A DNA stretch of 64,000 nt, from assembly GCA_037379345.1 (NCBI GenBank), contig CM074521.1:4898001-4962000 (forward strand). Direction: 5' to 3'. The notes under the pieces were generated by a model, which saw nothing but the letters and a program-made list of their open reading frames with translations, was not told the DNA's origin and made no database searches. This document shows positions 41,501 through 53,900 of this stretch, piece after piece. The translations under genes and the position numbers were made by a program. The stretch comes from Perna viridis (lineage: Eukaryota). Every line of letters starts with the position of its first letter. The stretch's first letter is position 1.

Positions 41501-41960
41501 TTAAAGGAAACAGCTGTTAGAATGCATTGCTATTTTTCACAAAACCGGTCACCACTATAAACCGGCCATTTTTTCTTGTCCCAGTGGTGGCCGGTTTGGA
41601 GAAGTTTCACTGTAGTATATATATATATAGTAATTGTATGTATTCACAATTATCTGAGTCATACATTAATCAGGGTAACAACAAAATTGCCGAACAATAA
41701 TCCGATTCATTATCAACTCAAGTCCAAAATAACTTTGGCAATATAGATATAAACCACTGGAATTGCTGGAACTGCGATGGTCCTGACTTGGTACAAGCCT
41801 TACAAACGAAACGCTGGGTTAAATTTAGGTTTTACAGCGCACTAAATCTTTCTCTTCCATCGCAGCTTAAATATACCAGTGGTGATTAAATAGCATTTTC
41901 ACGCAATTGCGTCTATAATCGGTAAAATAGCAGTCACGTCAGCAGAAATAACAATTTACA

Positions 41961-41996
<36 letters not shown>

Positions 41997-44900
41997 CTCA
42001 TTAAGCGTTTTTCAACCAAAGACTTATATCTTTAAAATAATTTAGTCAGAGACCTTTTGAGACGTATTCCCTTAAACCCCTGATTCAGGAGTCTGTTAAG
42101 CAGATATTTATGGCGTTCAAGGCAGTCAGATATGCAGGTGATGAAGGCATATTGCTGCACAGGTATGGAAAATTTATGATATCGAAATTAAAGTCGTCTT
42201 CTTTATCATAAAATTTAGTGCTGCGATGACCACTGTTGCCAAATTCGGGATGTAGGTCATAAAAAGATACAGAACATGCTGTTTCTGTATTCTCTTTTAT
42301 CCCTGAGCTCTTGTGGATATATTGACGGTAACCATTTACCAAATACATCCTCAAAAAGGATTTAGCATCTTTTACATTTTTATTTTTGAAGAGATTCTGA
42401 AGAAATTAAGTCTCGTATGAATATATAACAAATCTGTTAAGAGAGGAGCTCAGTCAGTGGCCATTGGAATGCCAACTGGTTGTTGAAAAAAAATATCCAA
42501 ATGTGACAATTATGTTATCAATGAAGAAATAAAGCATATTGCAAGCATGCTTTTCTGTGTAGCACACTTTTTAAACTGACATTACAAGTGGTAGTACTCA
42601 CTGTTGCTAATACAAAATTAGTAGTATAAAGGGTGAGGTTGTGGTCACGCCAAAGAACTTTAACCCCGCGGCATTTTGTTACGCCTGTCGCAAGTCAGGA
42701 ATTTCTGGCCTTTGTATGTCATGTTTTATTTGCATTTTCAGATTATTTTTTTGAGTCTATAGGAGCAACTATTTCGCTGTTCTTTTGGTTAATGTTGTTT
42801 TGGGGAGAACTGGAGACTGCCCTGAAGTATGCAGGTTTGAAACCCAATGGGTAGCTTTGAGATGACAACTTTCAGCCCGGTGGGGTTGTCTTTTTGACAA
42901 ACACACCATACCCATTCTCTTTATAAAATAAGTAGTTTAAAGTATACTATGAAACAAATCGAAGAAAGTTCAATGAGAATGCCGAATAACTGATTCTGAA
43001 AAAAAAAAATTGTTTAATTAGTTTGTCCTAAGAGAGTGCCGTAATCACAGATATACTATGATGATGAAATGTTACACTAATGTGAACGAACATCGCGCGA
43101 AACGTCGATGTAATCATTTTGTTCGTTAATAATTCCTTTGAAGCATTTTAATCTGTTTGTTGATAGGTTTATAAATTGTTAAATGGTTTTTCAGTTAGCT
43201 GAACGTAGATGCGTTATCTCGAATCTTATATCATTTGCAAACTCGGAATACGTTCATGTGGTTGACAGAGAAAGCTTCCAGTAACAATTCTTAAAGTTGA
43301 TCAATTTTTGATAGACGACATAGGCGTACATATTTTGTTATATATATAAGTTAGCTGCGATGACACACATACAGCGTTAACGGGTGTGAGAATAATTATT
43401 TTTAAAACTTTCATTTATCTATTTAGCAATATATTTTGACAAAGACAAGAAAACGTTTAAAATATTATTATAAAGAGCATTATTTTTGGAAAAAATGTTT
43501 TTATAAGCAACAATGTAGACGGATATTTGAAAAAAAAGTTAAATAATCATTAAATTATTAGTATACCCTAAGAAACATTCATACCAAGTTTGATTTTAAT
43601 TGGTCCAGTAATATCAGATGAGAAGAGTTTTTAAACCTAAGTAACAACGACGACGAAAGCTAAATGATGGCAGTAATATACATGGCCCTTTGGACCAGAT
43701 GTGCTAAAAATCACATTCTATTCGACGTATCAAGTAAGTTTAAAAAAAGCCGCTGTCCGTATATCACTTGTTACCATGCAGTCAACTTATTATAACTGCT
43801 CAAAATTAATAAAACAAGAATGGAAATGGTGAATATGCCAAAAAGAACAACCTCATCGGGATGAAAAATGTCAACTCATGGCCACCCAGGAGTCTTCAAT
43901 GATCGACGAGAAACCCTCACACCACAGGATAAGATTACAGTATAAAACAAACCTCGTTTCCATCAGAGCGCTTCATTCTTTGACCATTCCATAGGTGAAG
44001 TAATATACAACCATAGCATATTACAATGGCGGTCAGTGGGATGATAAATGTCGTCAAGACAACACCGACCGTAAACACTTTATTCCAGATCTCAGAAGGC
44101 CAAACAGGGATACAGTCCAGAGTATCGGAATTTTGCCACTTGACAACTTTGTGAAAAAATACAAATGGCAATGATATGGCTAGCGACACTGAAAAAGACA
44201 GAAACACGTTATAAATTCTGTATACGTTAATGAATACACAATGTATATAAATAAATTATCAAAGCACGGATGCGCTTGGTATACTGCAATGGTTTACAGT
44301 AAATAGTTGGAAGTCATTCATTTCTTTCAGTGTGAGAAATAGATACTAGTATTCTAAGGGCATGTTCCATGAATTTTGATAGTTTCCATTGCTAAAAGTA
44401 GAAATGTTTTAAAGTCTTTTTTTCCAACTTGATATTGTTAGAACATTCACAACGCATATTTTGAAATTTTGATCATAACTTTTTTTTAACTACATTAAAA
44501 ACATCTTTTTGTGGGTTTATGTACATCTGGTGCACCTGGTCCATGCTCCCAGTTTTTAGAGTCCGAGTTGCTCATTTGCTTTTGTTACTTTGTATGTATG
44601 ATTTTAGTTACTTTACGTTTTTTGTTGTGTATGTCTGTTTTCCATGTCTGGTCTTTGTCTCTGGATTACATTCTTTTGACTACCGCTATAACCTTGGTTC
44701 CCTTGATTGTCATTTCACCATAAGGTGTTAGTTGTCAATTAATTACTAATATATCTTTTGTACTTCTGTATGCTGTTAGTGTTTCCCTAACTAATAATGA
44801 AAATTATCGAATTAGAGAAAGTAATATTAATTATTCCTCTATTCAAGTCCCGTGCAGGTCCGGGTGTTAAAAGAATAGGCCTGCAGCAGCCCTAAGCTTG

Positions 44901-47900
44901 TCGTAAAAGGCAACTGAATAGTGCTCAGAAACCTAGCCGGGGCTAGGCGCTCTGCCTAGAGCAACTGGGATGTGTGCCCCAGGAGGTGGAATGGGGTACC
45001 CCTGGCGTGTTACATGCTAGGGTTGTCAGCCTATAATACGGAAAACCTGACCGCAAACCATAGTGGTGCACCGTGTTGGGAAAGAAGTCACATTCCTTGC
45101 ACGTTAAAGAACCCTGCTGTGGTATTCGATAGGTGTGGGAACCTTTGCGTTCCGACACAGGAGTCTAAATTACCCGATCCTACTCATCCCTTTCTTTTTC
45201 TTGTGGCAATCAAAATTTGTCCACCCTGTTGTCCTTGTGTCCCATCCCATTTTTTTCATCATCATCATTTCATGTTCATTTTATCATCCATTTCATGTTC
45301 ATTGTCTGAATATAGCTAAAATATTGCTGCTTGGACGTTAAACCTCAACAATCAATCAATCTGTTATTTCAAAACACCTAGATGAACTGTCCCGTACTAC
45401 CATACATCGTGTACTAAGTTAGAGCCCTAGATTACTCCTACGAGGAGGAATGACCCGGCTAGCGAAAGCTATGTTTTTATATAGCCTAGCTGGTCGAGTG
45501 GTCTAGGGCGCTGGACTTTGTGCAGGCGGTGTTGCCATAGATGTCACAGCGGTACGAGTTCGAGTCCCGCGGAGGAACAACCAAAAATGTGCATCGCAAA
45601 TTTGATAGTTCTAACATCATTGGGAATTTTTCACACCCTTCTACAAGTTTACGTTACATTCCCTGTATCAATTTGATCCGATGGAGCAGTGTAGCGAATA
45701 GAGAAATGATGTTTCCAATAGTGAACGATATTTTTATTGCTCAATATGGATATTTATTTAAGTGAATAATTTACTTGTGTTTCTTCATTTCCATTACTCA
45801 TTAAGATCCTTTACTAGCCGAAATAAGTTTCCAATGTGCCCAAAACATTTTTCGGTAAACTCGGTAAACGCATCTATTACCTCAAATCATTTTGGGAAGC
45901 TTGAATGCGGAATAAAAAAAAAGATGAAATATCGTAACAATAGCAATATATTAAAGGTATCAACATTAAGCATGCAAACCCATAAATTTCATTTATAGAT
46001 TTTCATGCTGGTAATGCAAATGTAAATTGATCAGTAAATAATTTTAAATTAAGTTTAGACTGTGTATCTTGCCAATAATAATAGAGAATTTCTTAAGCAG
46101 AATGTTGATGTGGAATTATCAAGTATTTTGTAATAGATCGTCACTAATTTGTAACAAAAATTAAAACTCATCTTTTAACAAATGACGCCTAATGACATTG
46201 AGCTATTCTATATAAAGCCGGAAACACGGTATGACATTTACATGAAGCAGCTTCGTTAATTCTTATTCGTGTTTTGCATAGTCTTTTCAGCTTTTAATGA
46301 ATTTGTAAGAGAAAATTAAATGATAAAAGTAACTTAGACTTGATCGCCCTAACTAAATAAGTTTAACATATTTAATCTACTTTTATTTTCTGTTGCAATT
46401 AAGAACTAGCTATAGGACAAAACTTCTGTTACACTCTTGAAAACTAACATTTATCAAAGTTCCGAAACCCGTAGCATATACGGCAGAATTATTTCAAATA
46501 TTAACATTAAGATTCGAGGTAAGTAAAACAAAACGAAACAATAAATATATAAATAAATAAATTAACATAAAAATAACAACAAACAAACAAACAAACAAAC
46601 AAACAAAAACCAACCAAACAAACAAAAAAACGAAAAAAGCAAGAATTTTTGAAATCATTCTTACATTTAGATTCCTTATTACAAATAGTGTTATTGCTCT
46701 ATTTCTACATAGCCGGTCGGATACCTTAAACCAAAGTTCTTCTCGAATGTCTTTAAAAAGTCGCTTTTCCTATTCGAGTCGAAATGTCGAGAGATAAAAA
46801 TGAGTCGAGTGACAAGAGTAATTGATAATCTATTTTCGCAATCAGTCAGTGATGTCAATTTATGATAACATGTTTTATTGTGTATCTAAACTAATCCTCT
46901 GTCAAAAATATGAACTATGACTTATAAAATGAAACAAACATCACACTATGAGATGACAATTTTTTTGTTAAGGAATTGTAGCCTTATAGTATAAAGCTTT
47001 TTTTCTGAAAAGGTAGATTTAATGATTGCAAAACAAAGTGTCATGGAGTAAATGATTATTTATAGTTCTACTTTTCTTCCCGATCTTTGTGAACACCCCC
47101 TTTTTGGGGTTACAAAGAAACTTGTTTGTTATTCTGTGTCTATATTTTCATTCAGTACTCATTAGTCGTATGTGTTATTTACAAATATGCAGAAGAATGT
47201 GATATAATCCATATTATTACAACTACATGTATTAGCAGTATTTATAATCATAGGTCATTAAAAAAACTATGACATATTATGACATTGGTCGTGTTTAAAT
47301 CCCTCTGTATTCTCTGAATAGATTCTTTCTATATCTTTCGTAGTGATGTAAGTTAAAAAGATTCCAATTAAAATGAGTTTAAAACAGATTATAACAGATT
47401 TTTATTGCATTAGGCTAAAGTTACTATCCTTATTTCTAAGATTTGAAAAATAAAATTTAAATTGAGTGACATTCACAAGAAGAAAAACGTGATCAGAGAG
47501 TTGAATGAAGGGATTAGTTGTTATTTTATCCGAACAGATTAATTTTCAAATGTTTCCTGGTGAGTTTAGTGCATAAATCGACAATTTTGTTACATCCAAG
47601 TTATTTGAAATTCTAGTTATCAATCATTCGACATTTAGTTTTAAGCTTAGTTAAGTGATTTTCCAGTGTCATTTAATTCTTACTATCTGAATAATATCAT
47701 CCATATAGAGAATGTAAATTGAACACTTTGTATCATCATGGAATTCAACCATCTAGGAACGACTTTTACCGCATTTAAAGATCAAATCGATCGTCTTAAC
47801 TTTAAAAATGCTTCAAGAAACTGAGGATACAGAGGCAAACGTTGTCACTTAAAGTAATAATCTACGATCACAAATTGGAAAAGTGTTATAAAATACTAGT

Positions 47901-50900
47901 AACCTTTATACAGAAATTATCTTAATATACTCTCTTCATTTTAGTCAACATATTTGAAAAAGAAAACAACAGTTAAGTGTTAAGGCTTTGAAATATAAAA
48001 AAAAGTAATGATTATTCCCCTGAGACGCGTATCACTTAGGTTCATAATATCTTATTTGCACAAAAACAAAGTGGAAGGTACTAAAATAAATCCAGTCGAT
48101 TACTATACACAATATATATACACACACAAATGTAAAAGTTGCTCCTTTTGCTCTGTCTCAGCCAATACAAAACAAGCTATGTTAACTACTTCCTTAGCAT
48201 GAATAAAGATATTTTCTTTTGATATAAAACAACCTTTGATCGAAGGTGGTATCATTTGATATAAAACAACTTTTGATCGAAGTTGGTATCATTTGATATA
48301 AAACAACCTTTGATCGAAGGTGGTATCATTTGATATAAAACAACCTTTGATCGAAGGTGATATCATTTGCAAGTCTAACAGGCTATTTTTTAAACTCAGT
48401 TTTTGAGAAAACTGTCTCATTTAAGTGTTTAAATTCCTCTTATGTCAGACAAAACCTTTTTTTTTCGTTAAATATTTTAATTTCAGATGTAACAGGCTTT
48501 CTGATTGGATAGAAAAAATGTGTCCATCATTTCATAGACCAGATTTTGTTATGTGATTGTGACGTTATCAAACGTTTTTGATGTTTTATCGTTAAATGTT
48601 TGTGCTAAAATTAAATGATAAGTAATGACTGTTTATATTTTTTTCGGTCAATTTGAAATAACCACAATGCCCATTGTGCACACTTAAAATAACCTGCTAC
48701 GCACTGAGGTTAAAATAACCTGCTACGTCATTGAGGTTATTTCTTCATAGACCGAAAAATTATAGCAGTCATTTCTTAAATGAATAAATAAAAATCAAAT
48801 TACAATAAGGGGTTGTCTGTTGAATATGAAAAATATGTAAAGTTTATCTAATTATTGAAGAACGTTATAGGACTTGTATATATTTTCCATTGTCATTTTT
48901 CTTCTTTGAAAGTCTTTCCGAATGACCTGAATCAATTCGGAATTATTTTTTGTTTCAACGTGTGAATGTGTATCTTATTCCTTGAATGTGTGAAAGCTTT
49001 TATGTAGCTAACTTTACTCGATTTTATTTTTATATACTCTGTGATTCTTACAAAATTCTTATTACTGTGAACCATAATAGAAATCGGTATAGTACATGTA
49101 TATACGTTTATTTGAAATGTTTGTTTCGTACACAACATAAACTTTGTTCTTGCTTTGGAAAACATAAAATGGGATCGAAAAGTTTGAATAGGAGACAAGA
49201 TAACTGCTTATAAAAGTTTAAGTATTGCAAGGACGCATAAAGTATAAAACGTAACTCGATTCAAAAAGCAATACTTCTTATCATGAGATACTGGAATAGA
49301 AATGACATTTTCATTTCAGCGTTAAGACATGGATGGTATATGAAGTTTAAATGACATGACAAAATTCCATTATATCCCTGTAGATTTGTTTTAAGTATTT
49401 CCTGTATAACTACATGCATAATTGTAACCGTGTCTCGTTAACTGTATGATCTCTAGATGAAACATGATAAAAACAGTGGTACTTGGATTACAAGGATTAT
49501 GTGAGTGTCACATTTGATCGTTATGCATGTCTTTTTTTGTTATACAGTGGCATAAAAAAGATGCACTACTAAAGTCAAGGAATGGATTTTAAACTTAAAG
49601 ATTCATTTCCAGTTAAACAAAGGAGTAAAATACAATAAGACAAGCCCATAACAAATGATGTGGTTAGTCGAGCTTCTTTGATGTAATCTCACACAGAGTA
49701 AGATGAGCTTCAATTAAGATGTCAAGATACATGTTTATGTGGTACATAAAAAGTTGTTTAAAGGAAGTAGAATTTCATTTTTTAATATTAGTTTGTATTT
49801 TTTTTTTTGGGGGGGGGGGTCCAGGAAAAACACGAATTAAATTAACAACGAAAAGCAAATTTTCATTAAATCTGTGATGAACTATCGACACACAAATGTC
49901 AAAATCTTTGAATAAACACACTTTTCAAAGAAGCATGAACAATGATACGAACGGGCTGTTTTCAAGGATATTTTCCATCTGGTTCTTTGTGTTGGTTTCC
50001 AACTTTCCGCGTTGTGTCTTGATATTACAATTGTTATACGGACTTTCCTTCTGGTAATTGTCTTAACTTAATCAGTTTGGTAATTTTGTCATTTGTCTTC
50101 ATTCAAATTGTCAGCTACTTTTTCAATATTTCAATTTTATGCTTACAACAGAATTACACACCAAGGCATTTGTAACTGTTCCTGTTCTTTCAGTTGCTAC
50201 AATGTGTACACAAATTGTACCATTGTGCCTAATTATGTAACCATTTTAAAAATATGTTTTTCTTGTTCTTTTTGTTTTTTCAATATATATTTTTAACTGG
50301 GACTTCAATCTGATTAAACATTAAAATGTATAATGGTCAGTGTCTGACTGGCCGTCAGTATTGAAAACGCATGTTCATGTGTAAGTATTTTCGTCGAAAA
50401 AAAACCAACACATATTGATACATGTAAATGAATTATTTCAATATACATATTGTGATTGAATTTCGGTCGTTTGTACATGTTAATTCATTTTCGTACTTTC
50501 TTTCAATAGTGTACTTGTTCGTATGGTTTTTATATTCAAGTGTTTCGTTAGGTTATCACAGTTTGTAATGAAAAATTGGATTCAATTTAGGGAATTTCAT
50601 TGCCAGATTTTAGTGGACTACAATAACCATTAAAATTTAAATCCTACGAACAAAAACTTTTCAAAAGAAATGTAGGTATGTCTGTCAGTATCCCCTGTTT
50701 TCTTTGAAATCATATTTCGTATGATAACCTGATGGTAGACTCTCTATCAACTTAGACGTCATATGCCTGACTTAATATATGACAATACTTTCAATACAAT
50801 TTTAAAATTGTGTCCTTGTATTGTTGATTTCACGTAAGAAGGTTCTTATATAAACAAAATGGTGTACTTATTTGCAGATTGGTATATGATTTGAATAATA

Positions 50901-53900
50901 AGGATCACATTGTTTTTCAAGAATTTTTTATGTGTAAATTCAATTATAAATTGAATGAATAATACTTCTGGAAAACAACGAATATCCTAAAATGCAGTAA
51001 AAAGGATATAGAGAATTAAGTCTAAAAAGCACATGCTTGCTTTATCACCTAGGAATATCAATATCAGCACGGAGGCGTCTGGCCCGCTGATTGATATTGA
51101 TCGAGGGTGATAAGACATATGATACAGGTTTTACCATGTAATATGCTCTTTATCATATATTAAAATCGGTAGAGGTTTGCAGAATGTCTGAAAGTTCCTG
51201 GAAAGAAAATGATGATCTCTGAGAAGGGACGCGATAAAGCGGCGTGGTAAAGGTTAACAATGTGAAACAGGGGTGTGATAAAGGTTACAGACCACCAATT
51301 CAACCAGTGAGCATTTGGAACGTACGCAAAAATAGTCCTACGCAGAAATTACCCCTGTTCCTCATAGTGCTGTGAAAAAAGTTCTCATCTTATTTTAAAA
51401 ATTTAAACAGTTTCTGAAAGGAAAAACATTTCTGTACATTTTATAGGTGCATTTTGCTTCTTGTGATGTGAAGCCTAATCTCCATAATGATTTTTAAATA
51501 TACCCCTATCTTGTGAAAACACTGGGATTTCCCATGCTATTTATAGACCCTTCACTTCCGGTGACCAGTACTGCACTGCAAGTCTGCTAACCCCACATGC
51601 CATTCTGAGGATTGTGACATTCTGACATATGTAGAATCATGCTGATATATAGTCATCTGCAGGTTAAAGTTAAGGTAAAGTCCAGAGAAGCCATTGAATA
51701 TTGTGAAATTAGCATAGAAGCCTATGGGAAGTGGAATTAGTGGTTTTTAGCCTAAAGGGTGTGGCGTCAAAACTTTTAAGATTTTATCAGATATTCAAAA
51801 CTGCTGTATTTACTTCTTTATGTATGAAAAATTATGATATAATCCTTATTGCACATATCATGAAATATAATAGTGACATGAGATAACACTGTGCACAAAC
51901 TGATTTTTTTGTTTTTGTTTGTTTGTTTGTTTGTTTATTTGGTTTTTTTTGGGGTATAAATTTAGTTAACTACAAACCTGCCCAAACGCCAAGACTGACC
52001 AACGAAGATGCCCGAGTCGATCTCCAGTTCATTGATTGTATCGGGTTAACAATTGCATGGTATCTATCGATAGTCATCGCTGATAATGTCAAGCACGTGG
52101 CATGTAACGTCACCTGTAATATGATGGTAGTTGGTTTGAGTGGCATAACAATTTTATAAAATGGTGAACCTGCATATTACACAAGTGTTCTGGTCAAAGG
52201 CATTTTAAAAACTATGCTTGATACTTTAAGAAAGTGAAAAAAATAATTGAAAAAATGAATGATGTTTGACGCCTGATATTTTCTGATGATTTTAAAGTAG
52301 AGTCTGAAACTACTGTAAACTCAAAAACCCGAGAACAATAACTCGATTTTTCGATAGGAATAATACGAAACAAGGGTTTTACGCTGTTTATTAGTGGATT
52401 TTTTTTATTTCTGTAGCCTTGACTTTCTAGTTTATTAAGTTTCACACCTAATTTTTCCCTTAAACTTAGTTTTAATTAAGTCTGAGCCAAATTGCATCAT
52501 CATATCATACAGTATATTACGCTGATCTTAAAAGTACATAGAAAAACATTCCAACTATTTTGTTCACAGGAATATATTAACGAGTCAATACTATAATTAG
52601 ACATTTAAATACGTTGTGAATTAATTCTATAATTATGATCATAAACGTAACGCAAAATATTTTATTTTAAGCTATGAAATGCATTGTCCACAAAAGCTAT
52701 CTATACTCGTTTCAGGCTCGAACTAAAAGCATTTTCTCTACAATGAATACAAATTAACTTTGTACAACTCTACAGTGAGTTCCGCGTAAATATGTTTTTG
52801 TTTTAAGCTGTAAAATGGCTGAAAGCGCATTTGTTGCATTTTGTAAATGAAAAATTGCGTTTTTACCTTTAGTCCTTTATCGACAACCATTTTGCGCTAC
52901 CATACGAAATACAATATATGGTAATGGTTGAATATTGACAAAAATACCGGAAAATCAAAATGGGAGGACAATTTATAGACAACCAATTCCAAGTACTTGG
53001 CCAAAACGTGAAAATACGTAACTGTCAATATACACAATGTAGTCGATATAATGAAATACAAGATACAACACAAAAACTGTTCAATGTGAATCTCCACAAA
53101 AAACAGAGAACGAAAACAGGTGCTCCGACAGCGACACCCGTCACATAACAAGTGAGTACAATTCAAGCGTCAAGTTCGACTGGTGTTACGACAGCCACTC
53201 CCGTCACATTACAAGTGAGTAGCATCCAATCGTCAAGTTCGACAGGTGCTCCGACAGCGACACACGTCACATAACAAGTGCGTAGAATTCAAGCGTCAAG
53301 TTCGACTGGTGTTACGACAGCCACTCCCGTCACATTACAAGTGAGTAGCATCCAATCGTCAAGTTCGACAGGTGCTACAACATTGATCATTGAAACAGGT
53401 TTCGGAACTGGGCCTCCTCGTGGTCATAAACCTGCGGAAAATGGTCTAGTTCCGTTGTTTTTTGTAAGAGTAATCAAACGAACCAAAATTCTATCGGAAA
53501 ATGGCCTAGAATGTAATCCAGGGACAAAGACCAGACAAGGAAAATAAACAAACACCACAAAGAGCATAAAGTAACAAAAATAATACATACAACTCGGACT
53601 CCAGTAAAAACTGGGAGCATGGACCAGGTGCACCGGTAGGGTAAGCGTCTTCTGCTTTTCTAGAAATACCCGCCGATTTGTAATATGTATTCTAAGTAAA
53701 CTGCTTTTAAAATAGATAATTTAGACCCAAATATCTAAAACAACAGTGCATATAACTTCATATGTATATATTTTGTTAATGTGTATGTTACAGGGAATTT
53801 TTATATTCAAGACACAAGCAAGCAGGAGTACATTCCCGAACTAAGTATGTTTACAATTACAAGACTTGCTTTTACCACCGTTAGATTACTACGGAAATGG

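Noticed and set aside
39615-45341. Near-identical short ORFs (MAERKGS.../MSERKGS...)
   Set aside because: Similarity comes from the two SINE copies; no recognisable protein motif.
45484-45575. Possible tRNA gene
   Set aside because: A and B boxes present but no acceptor stem or anticodon arm; continues into a SINE-like body.
48218-48370. 37-bp repeats with an internal palindrome, CRISPR-like in length
   Set aside because: Head-to-tail with no unique spacers, no cas genes, eukaryotic intron.
51923-52159. Plus-strand 78-aa ORF
   Set aside because: Antisense shadow of GPCR exon 2.
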